A DNA stretch of 63,730 nucleotides, counting the filler, from Lenisia limosa (taxonomy: Eukaryota; Protista; Breviatea): assembly GCA_001655205.1 (NCBI GenBank). It is 13 parts of 13 records of this genome, joined end to end, with 100 filler letters (N's around TTAATTAATTAA, not from the genome) between each part and the next. Parts side by side here need not be neighbours in the genome. Positions count along the whole stretch, not along the records: positions 21,870 to 34,849 come from LPNZ01005980.1; positions 34,950 to 37,940 come from LPNZ01010415.1; 11 more parts are not named here. One strand, 5' to 3'. Within the stretch, counting starts at the first letter, position 1. Every line of letters starts with the position of its first letter. Below, in pieces: positions 23,986-36,907 of this stretch. The translations under genes were made by a program, and so were the position numbers. The notes under the pieces were generated by a model. That model ran no database searches. It saw nothing but the letters and a program-made list of their open reading frames with translations, and was not told the origin of the DNA.

Positions 23986-24542
23986 ATGGCTCTTACGAAA
24001 ATTGATGACGCTTCCGAATTTGCCCAGTTCATTAAGGACAACAAGAAGGTTTGTAACAGCAAGGGATATAATTTTTTTAACACATATAGGTCTGTGTTGA
24101 CTTCTTCGGTGAGTGACATTCAACCTTTTTTTCTTTATTTTTCTCCCTTTCCTAGACTAATCATTTATTTAATCCCCTCTGCAGCTACTTGGTGTGGACC
24201 TGTTAGTTGGGGATGGCTCACTTTGAAGATTCGTCATCGCTTTCGTTTTTACTTTTTTAGTGCCGTCGTATTTCTCCCCAGTTCGAGAACTTCGCGGCCT
24301 CTTACCCTGATGTCAAGTTTGTAAAGGTAAGAGATGGGTCTAATGATAAATTGTGTCCTCTGTAAACATTCCTCATTTATATTCAGGTTGACGTTGACAG
24401 TGGGATGGCCATTGCCCAGACCTACCAGGTCAGAGCCATGCCCACTTTTGTGTTTATCCATAATGGGGAGAAGCACAGTGATTTCTGCGGTGCCGACCCT
24501 GCCCAGCTCAAAGCCAAGATAGAGGACCTCAACCAACTTTAA
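23986..24542 (+). CDS. TRX: Thioredoxin (WCGPC), five exons including two microexons
   Basis: MALTKIDDASEFAQFIKDNKK|VCVDFF|ATWCGP|CRRISPQFENFAASYPDVKFVK|VDVDSGMAIAQTYQVRAMPTFVFIHNGEKHSDFCGADPAQLKAKIEDLNQL*. Confidence 0.95.
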
Positions 24543-24720
24543 ATCCCTCCTTTTTTTCATCATGTATTATGTTTCCTTTTTCTTCTCTGGGTTTGCATTA
24601 GATGCTCTGAAAATTTCCTGAACCTTATCGCTCAAGTTTGGATAAATAAAATACAATGTATTAAAAACAGGCACACTCTGCCAAGTAAATAAACCAGTTG
24701 TTACATCTACTTCCAAGCCC

Positions 24721-26797
24721 TTAGAAGTCATTATCAGAAAAGGCTTGACCTTCGTCAAAATCATCGAATACCTGTTGTAATGAGGATGGATCAATCAAGA
24801 TTAGTCCCATTAACAATCCCTCCAACCTGTTCATCTGCAGCTTCATCAAAATTGTCAAAGTCACTTTCTGAACGTGAAAGAGAACCTGAAGGAATGATGT
24901 GAGCTTTCATTATCGCCAATGAGTCTGTTTTCTACCCTTTCTATCTTGTGCAAAAAACCCCACCTTCTTGGTCGCTTCCAAATCGCTGCCTCTCCATAGG
25001 ATCTGATAAGTAAGTAAACCATCTCGTGCAAGGGAACGATACATTCCCACGCCCTCCAACCAAATCCCTCTTCGCCAGTTGCAAGCATTGTCTGGTCCTC
25101 ATCCTCCCTGAGCTTCTTCTGCAGGGTGTGGAGCGCCTTGGTTGCTTGGACTTGTCGAGCCTCGTCAGCTCGGCTGTCAAGGTATACCTGGTGCTCTGAA
25201 AGGTTACTTCTATCACAGTGTCTTTTTGAAATTAATGCTCATTGTATTCGATAGCAAGATACCTCCCCCCCCCCCCCCCNNNNNNNNNNNNNNNNNNNNN
25301 NNNNNNNNNNNNNNNNNNNNNNNNNNNNNNNNNNNNNNNNNNNNNNNNNNNNNNNTTCCAGCCTTTCAAACTCATCCATAAAGGCTGGCCTAAAACTGTG
25401 AGCGAAAGCTCGAAGAGGCAAGAGCAACTCCTTACCTGACTGTCTTCATCGATTGAAGTCTTGTGATTGCTCTATTCAACTCCTGTGTTCTCTTTTTTAT
25501 TTTGGCTGTTTGAATAAGTTAACGAAAAGCAAAAAAATAATCACAATCAACAAAACACAGTGCGCCTACAAGTTAACGTGCCTTCATCACTTCCGATTTT
25601 GTCAAGACGGCCAAGCAAGTCATTCATTTCATTTGTAACTACCCGGATCTCTTGGCGAATAGACTGGAAGGTAAGGATTGCTGACGCTGCTACACACCTT
25701 CTCGAGTGATCTCATGTCAAGTGGACGTCCAATGACCCTGCGTCTATCATCCCTGTTGGTAGCCTCGTCTGTTAAGTCACTATGCAGGGCCGCGCCTCTA
25801 TTAATGATGTCTCCGGCTGATTCGCGCACATTCTACTAGTCAGCAGAGAGTGCATGGAATGTTCAGAAAAAACATGAACCAAACAAATAATATATCACAT
25901 GAAACAGATAGTGTAGTACATACTATTACACAAAATATTATCTATATAAATGATTTAAATGAAACTTGTTTTTAACTATCAGGAAAAGCCGCTCCATTTC
26001 CAAGCAAATGAAATCAATGAGTGATCATACCTGTAGACTAGTGACAGATGCTGGTTGGAAGGTGCTGGGTGTTGTAACGTTCTGAATTGTGAGGCCCAGG
26101 GGAGGGGAGGGGGGGGGGGCNNNNNNNNNNNNNNNNNNNNNNNNNNNNNNNNNNNNNNNNNNCTGAGCTGTCTGGAGTGACTTATAGAGGATAGATGTAA
26201 TTTTCAGCAACTCCTTCGCTGCATACCTGAAAACGCAATTAGCAAAACGTCCACTTCGACTAACAAAACAGGTAATAACAGCCTTTTAAAAAAAACCAAA
26301 TTGTCCACATATTTGAAGATAAAAATTCCCCCCTACCCATCAGAGGCATATATTCTCTTCGGATTTAGACGTATCAGTGATTTGTCAGCCTGGATGTATG
26401 TGAAAAGAAACCCACTTAAGATCAGAAATGAATTTGATGGAAAGATATACAGGCAGCTCAATTTCCATTAATCATCCCCAAACCAAGATAGTAACGCATG
26501 TTTTCACATAATCTACCCTGTCTTCTTCATTTGAAATCCCGTCATATACATCAATTTGAGGATCATACCTAAACAGTAAATAACGAATGTTTGGAAAGCC
26601 CCCACTGATGGATCAACCAAAGAAGAATATCTGCTACTAGCTCAAAATTTGGTTTGCGGAATGATTCAAGTCCAATGCGGCGAGGGTAGCCCAAAACTCG
26701 AAGGGACTCAGATAAATCTACAAGGTTTTAAGCCCATTTTATAAACATTTTTGATACTTAGACGCAACATCCTACCTCTCAATTCCCTATAACTCAT
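24721..26797 (-). CDS. CLUAP1: Clusterin-associated protein 1 / intraflagellar transport protein IFT38
   Basis: MSYRELR|DLSESLRVLGYPRRIGLESFRKPNFELVADILLWL; IINRGAALHSDL...VIGRPLDMRSLEK; RLQSMKTVRPAFMDEFERLE; acidic tail ending SDNDF*, the typical CLUAP1 terminus. Confidence 0.93.
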
Positions 26798-27045
26798 TTC
26801 AAAAGGAAACTTGAGGGAATGTTACATGGACTATGCCAATATATATTGATGAAATGACAATATTTATATTTTAATTCTTTAATTCTCACCTTTCTTCCTA
26901 GAAATGCAAACTTAAAATAGACACTGGTCCATTAGCATATACGTTGCAAAAGCTGCCCGCTTCCCGCCTTTTCTGCAATTGTGCAACTCTAAACATAACA
27001 CCATTAATTACATTCACTAACTAGACCCTCTAACTATATTTCAAA
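26798..27045. promoter_or_regulatory. Putative bidirectional promoter between CLUAP1 and BUD23
   Basis: 248-bp gap between divergent ATGs. Inferred from geometry only. Confidence 0.5.
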
Positions 27046-28864
27046 ATGAGGCCAGAACATCAGGCACCTCCCGAAATCGTTTGTTATCCCCCTTTGAGCC
27101 CGTTTTAACGTATAATTAGGTTTATAATGAGGATGAAGTTGATAAATATGAAAAGTGAGTGCTTTTGTTTTACGTGCTTTGCTTATTCTCTGTAGTAAAC
27201 GTATGCAACAAATTCAAAGTATTATGACTGACCGTGCTGTGGAGCTTTTGGAACTTCCTGACGACAACACACCACGGTATGATATTGGCAAAACTCGCCT
27301 CACCTTTAAGGTATATTCTCGATATTGGATGTGGCTCAGGCCTCTCAGGAATGCAGTTGACTGAAAATGGTCACTATTGGATAGGAATGGATATTGCCCC
27401 AGCTATGCTTGGTGGGTTTTGTGACAAAATATGTGTTTGTTTTGCTCAAGTGTAGATGTTTGTCAATTATGCAGTTATGCAATTGAATCACGTCGTAGAT
27501 CGTGCCGTTGAACGTGGAGTTGAAGGAGACCTCATGTTGCAAGATATGGGCCAAGGTGTTCCTTTTAGAAGTGGCATATTTGACGGCTGTATCTCGTAAG
27601 TTTTGATAAAATACCTTGCTAATATGCTTTTGGCTGCTTGAAATAACCTTTTTCAGAATTTCAGTTCTGCAATGGCTGTGTAATGCTGACAAGGCCAAGC
27701 ATAACCCTCGTACCAGAATGACGATTTTCTTCCAAACTCTGTACAACTCAATGTCAAAAGGTTTTCCATTTACAATAGGCTGAGAATTCATTTTCTAGGA
27801 GCCCGTTGTGTCTTCCAGTTTTACCCCGAAAACCAAACACAGGTTAGTGTTGGCCAACTTATGCTGGATTATGGTTCTACAGAACCAACAAGCCTGGGCT
27901 TGGTTTGTTTTAGTTTTTGCAAACCCTCAGATGTGTGTTTAGCCGAGAAAATTGATACTTTCGGGGGTTTTGTTTCATACTATCATTTACCCTCTCACAA
28001 AGTATGGTCCTATCTGTTATTGACTTGTTTTTTTTTGTTTTTTTTTTTGTTGCTGTGTTTTCCTTCGTTGTCTTTTCACCATAAGCCAATATCACAATAC
28101 GCTTTCCTTCTTTTAGTACAATTGGAATGCAAGCTGCGCAATTGACTGGACTGGGTGTCAAGCGTGACATATTCAGCCATTACCCCCGTAATTGATGACC
28201 TTTGCAGACGGACCTCCTCTGCAGTGCTGCCAAAAAGTGTGGTTTTGATGGAGGGCTTGTCATCGACTTCCCCAATGCTACAAGTGCCAAAAAGTAGGCC
28301 TTATGCTGGGGGATAAGCTATTTTTTGTAGACTTTACTGTTTAGGACTTTCCTCGTGTTATCTGCTGGAGCTGCACCTGGTGTATGTGGGATTTGTATCT
28401 TCCTTTCATACGTACTATACCATACACATTCATGTGTGGATGGCTTTTCTAATCAATGTAGACCTCCACAACATTCCGTCCCCCCAAAGCCCTCTCAATT
28501 GATGATGGAAAATCTGTGAAGATTGTTGGAAACAAGTAAATGGGGTTGCTGTTCTTTGTTCTTGATGATCGCTTTGTTAAGTGTTGCAACAACAGCTATA
28601 TTGTTGTGAACTTGAACTGGAAATGGTACCTTATATTCAAGGCAAGAACATAGCTCAGTTCCGGGGTGGAAGAAGGAGAAGAAGCTGAAGGTCCGTGTGA
28701 AGTCCCGTGCCTGGGTGATGAAAAAGAAAGAGGGACAGGAAAAGAAGGGTTTCAAGGTTGGACAAGGAATACACAAAGTGCTGTCCTTACATTTTCTCAC
28801 TCTTATCTGTTAGGTTCGAGAGAATACAAAGTACACTGCAAGAAAAAGAAGGGATGCTTTTTAA
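27046..28864 (+). CDS. BUD23: 18S rRNA m7G methyltransferase Bud23/WBSCR22
   Basis: [11 protein letters not shown]|[32 protein letters not shown]|[29 protein letters not shown], and C-terminal [11 protein letters not shown]...[10 protein letters not shown]. Confidence 0.95.
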
Positions 28865-29099
28865 ATTTGTACTTTCGTCAGGTATCTATTGTTTTTATTT
28901 TTTCTTGTTTCTTAGTCAAATTGCTGGAGGATGTTGTTTGTCAAATGTATCAAAGTTTTGTGATATTTCTATCAAAACAGTACCAAACGCACAGGGGAAC
29001 AAGAAAAAAAAAAAGGGGGGGGGGCAAAATACAATCACAAATTAAATAACTAATCTAACAACAAAAATGAAAAAGGAACCTAAAATGGTGAGTTCACTA

Positions 29100-32000
29100 A
29101 TAGATCCATACAGGGTCATATGGTACAAAAGTGGCCTCAATACTGCTGGAGACTTCAGCAACTTTGCTATCGACTAAACATCTGCTCGGCGGTGCAATTC
29201 GTGATAAACTCATTGCTCGATCTACACCTTTTCCCCACTAAGAAGGGTTAACTTATCACCATACAAAGCAACCCAACTCACAACAAATGAATGAAGCATG
29301 TTAGTGTCGACTAGACTAGAAACAGTGTCCATTGAAATGGCTGCAGAAATACGAATATCTATTCGGAGTTCATTTCCAACCTGGGGGGGTCATGATATCG
29401 CTTGCATTACTTATTATTTGTATGAGCGTGGAAATAATAAGACAATTTGCCCTCCATAAAAGTCACGCTTATAAGAGATATTTGATTATTACTGGATAGT
29501 AGTATTAATTCACCCAGTCATTTGCCTCACAACTATGTTCATATAATTTTATATAACATACATGGAAACTACATATAATTACACACATGTAATTACATGT
29601 ATTAGTATATCATAGTTTATAGAGATGATAAATAAAACAAGATTGTGTAGCAAACCCGTCTAAATTTGGGTAATAGGCCTTGGATAAATAGAACGCTCGC
29701 TTCAGCATGCATTACATTCACAGTATTCAATCCGGCAAAGCCCTAAAGCCATGAAGGCCAATAGATACCTTACCAGCCAGGACCCCCCAAAATGCATTAC
29801 TGGCGTGATAAGACACTGGCCGGCTTGAGCATTGATAGTTTTAAAAGCGAAATCCAAGCTTGAAAATAGCTGAATAGAGATATGTTAAGGTTATCAAGTG
29901 TTGAGCATTTGATTACCATGTCCGGATTTGCGCAAACTAAAGAAGACGTGTTTAGAATTTTGACCTAAAAATTAAAATGGGAAACAGTAAGAGAACGAAA
30001 GAAGTTGATTGGAAAACAGAATTAATGTCCAGGTATAATATAATTGATGTTGTCACCCTTATTTTTCGGAGAGAAATCAGCATACAGAAGTACAGGAAAT
30101 ACAGTCTCTTTGGAGACACTCAGAAGGTGTTTTGGGGTGACTTAAGAAAGTAAGGTCGGGCTGTGCGGCAGAAATGAGTTCTGAATAATTATATAAATCA
30201 AGAAATTCACATTAGAAAATGTTTACTGCATCAACAAATTTGGAGCACAAAGAAAGAAAAAATATGATGAGAGTAATAAAAGTAGTTGATACCTTTTAAC
30301 CTTGCACAATGTTTAAACGCAAGGCTCTAAGCAGTCAAAGAAAGAGTTGAAGAGTTGAAAACCAACCGACGATATAAAAACCATGCGATGTTGGAAGTCG
30401 GCAGAAACAGACCACAATAAAGCAAGCCCGAAGCAAGTCATGTTCATAAGGTTCATAAACAATATGCTGTCCAAAGGAACTGCAGCTAGCCACAAATTTA
30501 TATTCAGTTTAATGTGGAGAACCGCAGTCACAAAAAACCTGAAAGCAGTCAGTTGTAAGAACAGTCATCACTCACCCTTTAGAAGGAGACAATCCACCGA
30601 CAATAGTTGTGAGAAGAAGTGCGAACACTGAGATTGGAAATCGATAATCATAATTTCTCTGAAGATTAAGTCAAGATGAATAGTCAACACAAACCACAAG
30701 CTCGCTTGGTAGAGGGCCAACAATGAAGCATGTCATCACAAAAGCCGAACGCATCATTTCATTTTCAACACTAAATCGTCAAGGACAGCCTGTACTTTTT
30801 CTTCAAAAAACGGTGCACTATCTCATCCCACTCCGGAAAGGTACCAAAGAAGAATAACAATGAAACGCTCAAGTAGAAGAAGAGGTGAAATAGTGTCAAA
30901 GATAAGCGTATCTAAAAAAAGTTAAAGGAATTTCCAGATGCAGAACAGCCTTACAAGATGGAGCTCGCGATCGTCGCTCAACTCAGGAAAAAGGAAAATG
31001 AGGAGTAGTCGTGATATCTGAAGGAGATAAACAGAAGTAAAGGTAGTGGCATTTTATTTTAACATTTTGTAGCACATCCAGCGATTATCTGCTCATGTTG
31101 TGTGGTACCATGGGCCAGTCTGAAAACATTCAGATATGTTTAAACACATCTGAATGTGTATTTACATATGTGTTCAACAAAACATGAACAGAAAATCGTT
31201 GAAATGGCCCCTCACAACATTAATAACAAGCAAGCTGAAAGAAAAATATGGGATAGAATAATACTATGAATAAATAATGCAGAAAATGACAAAGTTGAAT
31301 ACAAATTTCTTACGATAAAGAGCATGAAAAAAAACAGTAAGATAGTTTCTCCAGCATAATATCGAGAGTTCACCTCCTAAAGGGTTAATAATTGGGGGAA
31401 TAATAATGCCATCAGTATCACCCTTTCCTACTCGACTGTATTCTATTTGCAGATCTTTGAGGTTCACATGAACATTAGCAAGAGAGGTTGTAGTTGTATT
31501 GAAGTGCATATCATGAATTGCTTGTGGTGAAGGTAGTGATAACGGAAGAGGTGGAACTGAATTGTGGGTTACTCCTAAATGATCAGAGATGAAACATTGA
31601 GGATAAGAACTTGAACAGTGGTAAGGTTCCAACCAGTACTGGGAGACAGAAGTTGACTCCAAGGAATATTGGGGATATCAGAATCGTATGAGCTGTACGA
31701 GTTTGTACTAAAAATGTGAATTGTAACTATATTAGAAAATATATGTCCAGTTGCAAAATCCAACCTGTTACCCGCTTCACAAATGCCGTTTTCCTTGAGG
31801 ATAAAAGGCCAAGTTCTACTGAGGTCCCTCAGGAATGACAGTAGTGTAGAGTGGTGAGTAATTCTTCCCTTCCGAACCTATTAGACATCTTATTATTCTG
31901 CCCAAAGGAACTCTTACCGGCATTACCGAGAGAGTTTCAATAACTGTGGGAAGAATACCGAAGCTTGGAATGGGCCACTTGGACACCTAATTTGATTGCA

Positions 32001-34800
32001 GTCAAAGGAACGATACTATACCTTCTTACCTGAACGTAAGGAGCCGAATGCGCCATAGCAGTCGACTCAAAAACGTCAATTGATACAGTATTCTTCTGGG
32101 TGACAACAGACGGCATCTCAGTGGTCGAACCAATTAGGTCAGATATAAGACTAATTTCGTTCTTTATCCATTTCACATCCATTTCATTCAAAAACTCAGC
32201 TTACTTCGTGCAACTCTAAGAACAGCTGATATTGACTCAGGAAGGAAGGGTCGTGTTAAGCTAAAGAGTAAAATGGTATATCTAATAATCATGTGGTTGA
32301 GCCGTGCTTGGTTCCAACCTGACAACATAGAGAATTGAAGAAAAGACGCCAACAGCTTTCAAGGGTGTTGATCCAACAATACTCCAAAGATCATAGCTTG
32401 AACCAATCTGAGGTATTATGAATGTAGTGAGATGAAAACTAAATACAAAGAAGCTATTATTACGGAGTAATTGTGGCATTTTCTACAAACTAATTGCCAT
32501 TATAGAAAAATTACCCGAAATTTCTCTGAATTAAATGTTGAATAATTTATGAGCAAATTGGCAAAATCAAGACCCGGCTCTCAGAAATATCAAATAGACC
32601 CAAAAATGAGCTGGTGCTACATACGAGAGTAGATATCTATAAAAACTGACAAAAATCTTGGTAAAATTGTGGAAAAAAGAAGGCTTTATCAAAAATTTGA
32701 GGTATATATCCATAAGTTACAATGCTTTGATATTTTAACCCGCTTAATAAAAAATATACTATAATATACAGTGACTGGGATAAGTCTTGACCGATTTTCC
32801 TTGAGAAATCATATAGCAAATCGATCAAGACTTATCTGGTCACTGTATAACTATATCCTAATTATTTGCGCAATTCATTTCTTCGAAAACACTATAACAA
32901 TTACCACCATTCGTGGTGGTAATAGAAATAAGATCTAAATACTTCTATCATTTAATACAATGACAAACCTCAAAACCACCAATGTAGTCACACTGTTCAA
33001 GGAGTAGAGAGGGCTGAGTTGTAAGACGATGAACAAGAATAATCATAATAAAGACAAAAAAGTACTCACATCTGGGGAAATGTCATGATTGGAGCAGTTT
33101 TTGAGTGTTGATACTGAACTCGCTGAGAACATGACTAAAGTGTAAAAAGGCATTAAAAAATCAGCTTACGTTCTTTTTTATTTGATTGCCCAAAAGTGTC
33201 CTAAAAGGTAAAGAAGCAATATAAAGGCTATAAAACCCCCGCTAACTTCTTCAGAAATAGTATCATCGTCTCCCTGAATTCGACCAATTTGCCTAACTTT
33301 CCCTGAAGGAGTGATGGTAAAGTTTTTTAAAAAAAATTAGAAAATATCACGGAAAAACCTCTGGCGCTCTCGGGGGATGACTTGTCGCTGGTGGCAGAAA
33401 ATGTCATAGACATTGAAGGTGACTTATCATGAATTTCATTTGGTCGTTTCCCTGATGGCGAAAAACTGGGAGTTTGCCTGACTGTTGGTGTGATTTCACG
33501 CATCTAAATGTTTGTTACGTATTTTATCAAAACAATCAGAGACAACATAAATTTCAGAAAACCCACTTGGGAAAGAAGGTAAAAAGTCTCAAAATCGACA
33601 ACAAAGCCAGCAGATGCGATAAACTCCCCAAGTTGCAAAGACATGTCAACTGGCACTCCAAGCATGGTCCATCTCAACGCATTTCTGGGTCCTAAATGTT
33701 AAAATGATATCAAGACGACTCGCCATACCCATGAGACCACTTGAAGCGGATCCGGAACAAACAGCAATAAGAAAAGAAAAGTTGCTGAGAGACTCCTCCG
33801 AGTATATAGACTACAAAGTGAACACCATCGTTCCTTGAAATAGAGAAGTCTACCATGCAGGCAGCGAAGTCAAGGGAATCAATTGTTGCTTGACTGCTAC
33901 AAGAATTCATAGTACCAAAAACTGTCATCAAGGTTGGAGATGTATTGTTGATGCCATTACTTAGGGATAAGTTTGAAGAAAATAATTGCCTACCCTCCAA
34001 AATGATCACAAAATACTTCATAGACTTTCATGTGCTTCAAGAAGTTCTTTGGAAACTAAAAATGTCATTATACTCCTAAGTTGTCGCAAATTTAGAGCCC
34101 TCTATACCGCTTGACTTTGGTAAAGCTGTTTTGGATACTACATTAGATAAGAAAGAAGGAAAATAAGAGTAGTTTACATGAAAAGTTACGACAGTGACAA
34201 ACGGATGATGAACGTTTACTGATTTGCTAGCTTTTACCAGGTCGAAAATAGACTCAGGAATAGCCGAATGCTGCAGAAATTCTGAAGGTTTGAATAATGA
34301 AACTGGTCTTCACAATTACCCATTCTTTTCATCTCAGTTGCTGCAAAAAGTGATAATTGAATTGAACGAAATACTTGGTTTCTCTAAATTGGGTAATTAG
34401 AAAGATCATCATGAATCATTGTAAAAGGTCCCTCAAACCTCGGCAGTCAGACAAGCACCAAAAATGAGAGTAGATGATATGGCGATAAGAATAATATTGC
34501 AAACACAGCTCTCGATGAAGACAGTCCATGTAATGAAAAGAAACAGAGAAATAAGAGCCGAAGTGCCGCGCAGAGAAAATCCAGGAACTGTAAGGAAAAC
34601 TTTGGTGTAAAAAGTGTAGTGACATGTAGATGGAACTGTCAATTGTTTTATACATTGAAAAGCCGCAAACATATGTATATTCAAGGGACTTCTACACAAA
34701 ATAAAAAGAATGACAGAAAAAGTTTAAGTCATTCAATAAAACCGCAGGTTTCGAATATCACTTTTAACTTAAATCACACTCACTATTGAAGAGAAATGTT
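29100..34800 (+). pseudogene. ~5.7-kb intronless relic of long ORF(s), probably a decayed mobile element or viral insertion
   Basis: Long protein-like plus-strand frames with scattered TAA/TAG/TGA, e.g. ~34200-34730 ECCRNSEGLNNETGLHNYPFFSSQLLQKVIIELNEILGFSKLGN*KDHHESL*KVPQTSAVRQAPKMRVDDMAIRIIL. No recognisable host-type exon/intron structure and no domain recognised. Confidence 0.45.
32769..32845. mobile_element. Tc1/mariner-like MITE family B (TA-flanked, CAGTG termini)
   Basis: ta|cagtgactgggataagtcttgaccgat ... atcgatcaagacttatctggtcactg|ta. Confidence 0.88.
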
Positions 34801-34965
34801 ACCGGACCAATAACAAGCGACAGCTTATGCTCGAGGTAAGAGTAGGGCANNNNNNNNNNNNNNNNNNNNNNNNNNNNNNNNNNNNNNNNNNNNTTAATTA
34901 ATTAANNNNNNNNNNNNNNNNNNNNNNNNNNNNNNNNNNNNNNNNNNNNTCCCCCCCCCCCACAG

Positions 34966-35572
34966 CCTCCCGCTGGTTGGACAGGCTACACCGGGTACAT
35001 CAACGCGGACGTTCTGGCTAAGGAGGTCTATCCGCCCTCACCCAACCATCATTCGGTCATTTGCGGGCCTCCAATTATGTGCAAAGTGGGAGGATTATGG
35101 AGCTGAAATGATGGGGTGTAAAGCAGGAGAATGATGCCCCCACTTAGTACCTTTACGCCAGTATTCTTCATCGAAATTTTCTTCGTTTTACCCCCCCCCC
35201 CCCCNNNNNNNNNNNNNNNNNNNNNNNNNNNNNNNNNNNNNNNNNNNNNNNNNNNNNNNNNNNNNNNNNNNNNNNNNNNNNNNNNNNNNNNNNNNNNNNN
35301 NNNNNNNNNNNNNNNNNNNNNNNNNNNNNNNNNNNNNNNNNNNNNTGGCTTCTTTTTTTTTGTTTTTGTTACCGCCCCCCACATCACTGGAGTGCTTCAA
35401 AAGTGACTGGCTTGGTCTTTGTTTTGTTTTGTTGTTTTAATCGTTGATTCTGGGCATATCATGTCTTTTGCAAGCGTGATGGTGCATTTCTATGTATCTA
35501 ATCTCTCAGATTCTCAAGAAAACCCTCCATGACCTCGGATACACCCCAGACGATTATTTCAGCTACATGTAA
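34966..35572 (+). CDS. NADH-cytochrome b5 reductase / FNR-like oxidoreductase, last two exons
   Basis: PPAGWTGYTGYINADVLAKEVYPPSPNHHSVICGPPIMCK|ILKKTLHDLGYTPDDYFSYM* carries the CGPP NAD-binding motif. Confidence 0.85.
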
Positions 35573-36368
35573 ACTTATTTATGTCTTATTTCTATGGTCC
35601 ATGTTTCCCTTGTTTCCTTTTCATGCATGCTGCTTTGTTGAGTCTTTGGATGAGGTGGAGTTTTTGGGTCCCGATTTTTGTGGCCTATGAATTTATTAAC
35701 ATGGAATTGAAAATGTGAAAATTCAAAATTCATCTATTCATCTATCTTGAAGAAAAGGGGTGTTCTTGCAACAGGCTTGAAACATGGAAATATGAACCTG
35801 AGCCACCTGAGCAAACCTGAGATGAAATGAACAGACACAGAAGCCTGTTGGAAGTCGGCTCCGTAGGAGTCCGCATGGCTCTGCTTTACCCTTCGATAAA
35901 TCTATCGATATTTTTCGATATTTAACTCTTTTTTTGTGCCTGCCCGCAGGTCCCAGGCAACCAGGCAACTCCCAAAAAACCCATGCTTTTATTTATGATG
36001 AGATGTCAATAATAATTATGTAGATAGAAGGAAAAGAATGCCCCCCCCCCCNNNNNNNNNNNNNNNNNNNNNNNNNNNNNNNNNNNNNNNNNNNNNNNNN
36101 NNNNNNNNNNNNNNNNNNNNNNNNNNNNNNNNNNNNNNNNTCCACCAAGCTAGGGATAATAAAAATCCTTATAACCCTACCAGTTCCGAGCGAAGACAGT
36201 AGTGCGGTACAGCTCTTCATCATACCCCTTTTAAGGTCAAAACATGCCACGAATACCAGACCGGGGCGAGAGCTATGGAGCCAAGCTCTCCAATGTCGTT
36301 TCCAATGAGGAGCCGCAGTCAAACTCGTTTTATATTACACCACCAAATGGTTAGTTGATGGTTTATTA

Positions 36369-36704
36369 TGTCACTTTTTGGATCATTTTGACACGGATGA
36401 ACTATCATTTTCCATGCAGTGATATATTGTCTCATGTTCACTGTCATAATTGACCGACAAGTCTCAATGATACTCTGATGCACTCGGGATAAACCCTCTT
36501 GTTATCTTCGTTCATCATTTGGACTTGAAAGTCGGTCAAATGATCATAAGTTGTCCTATATATACTACTGAAATGATCATATCCACTTGTGATACAGTTG
36601 TATCGTTGAGACTTGTCTATCAATTATCATACGAGTGGATATGAGGTATCATATCACTGCGTGAAAATGATAGTTCGCACCTGTGAAAATGATCCAAAAA
36701 GTGA
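36369..36704. mobile_element. ~336-bp palindromic (foldback MITE-like) element family C
   Basis: tcactttttggatcatttt...actatcattttccatgcagtgatat...aattgaccgacaagtctcaatgata mirrored by tatcgttgagacttgtctatcaatt...atatcactgcgtgaaaatgatagt...aaaatgatccaaaaagtga. Confidence 0.8.
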
Positions 36705-36807
36705 TATGATATCACACATGTAATAAACATACATATTTATATTATATACTGTTTATGTTCCTTTGACCAGATACAACCCCGTTTTAGTTCCCATCTCTAC
36801 GTATAAC

Positions 36808-36907
36808 TTGGGCGTCACTTCGGTTCGAAAAATATCGGTAAAATATCGATGTTTATCGAGGAGTTATCGAGAAATTCAGTCTTTTTTCGAACCGAAGTGA
36901 AGCCCTA
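36808..36907. mobile_element. hAT-like MITE family A, full length
   Basis: ttgggcgtcacttcggttcgaaaaa ... tttttcgaaccgaagtgaagcccta. Confidence 0.9.

Noticed and set aside
25629-25829. Bromodomain (VIGRPLDMRSLEK)
   Set aside because: The flanking exons identify the gene as CLUAP1, which has RPLE/D at this position.
30313-32479. Hydrophobic minus-strand ORFs as membrane or secreted proteins
   Set aside because: Most are best explained as in-register antisense shadows of the A-rich decayed plus-strand frames. No splice structure or known motif supports them.
29100-34800. Host uses a reassigned genetic code (TAR as Gln or all stops reassigned)
   Set aside because: PSAT1, TRX, CLUAP1, BUD23 and NUP155 end in TAG/TAA and have no in-frame stops. 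The stop-riddled frames are confined to relic regions and shift frame.
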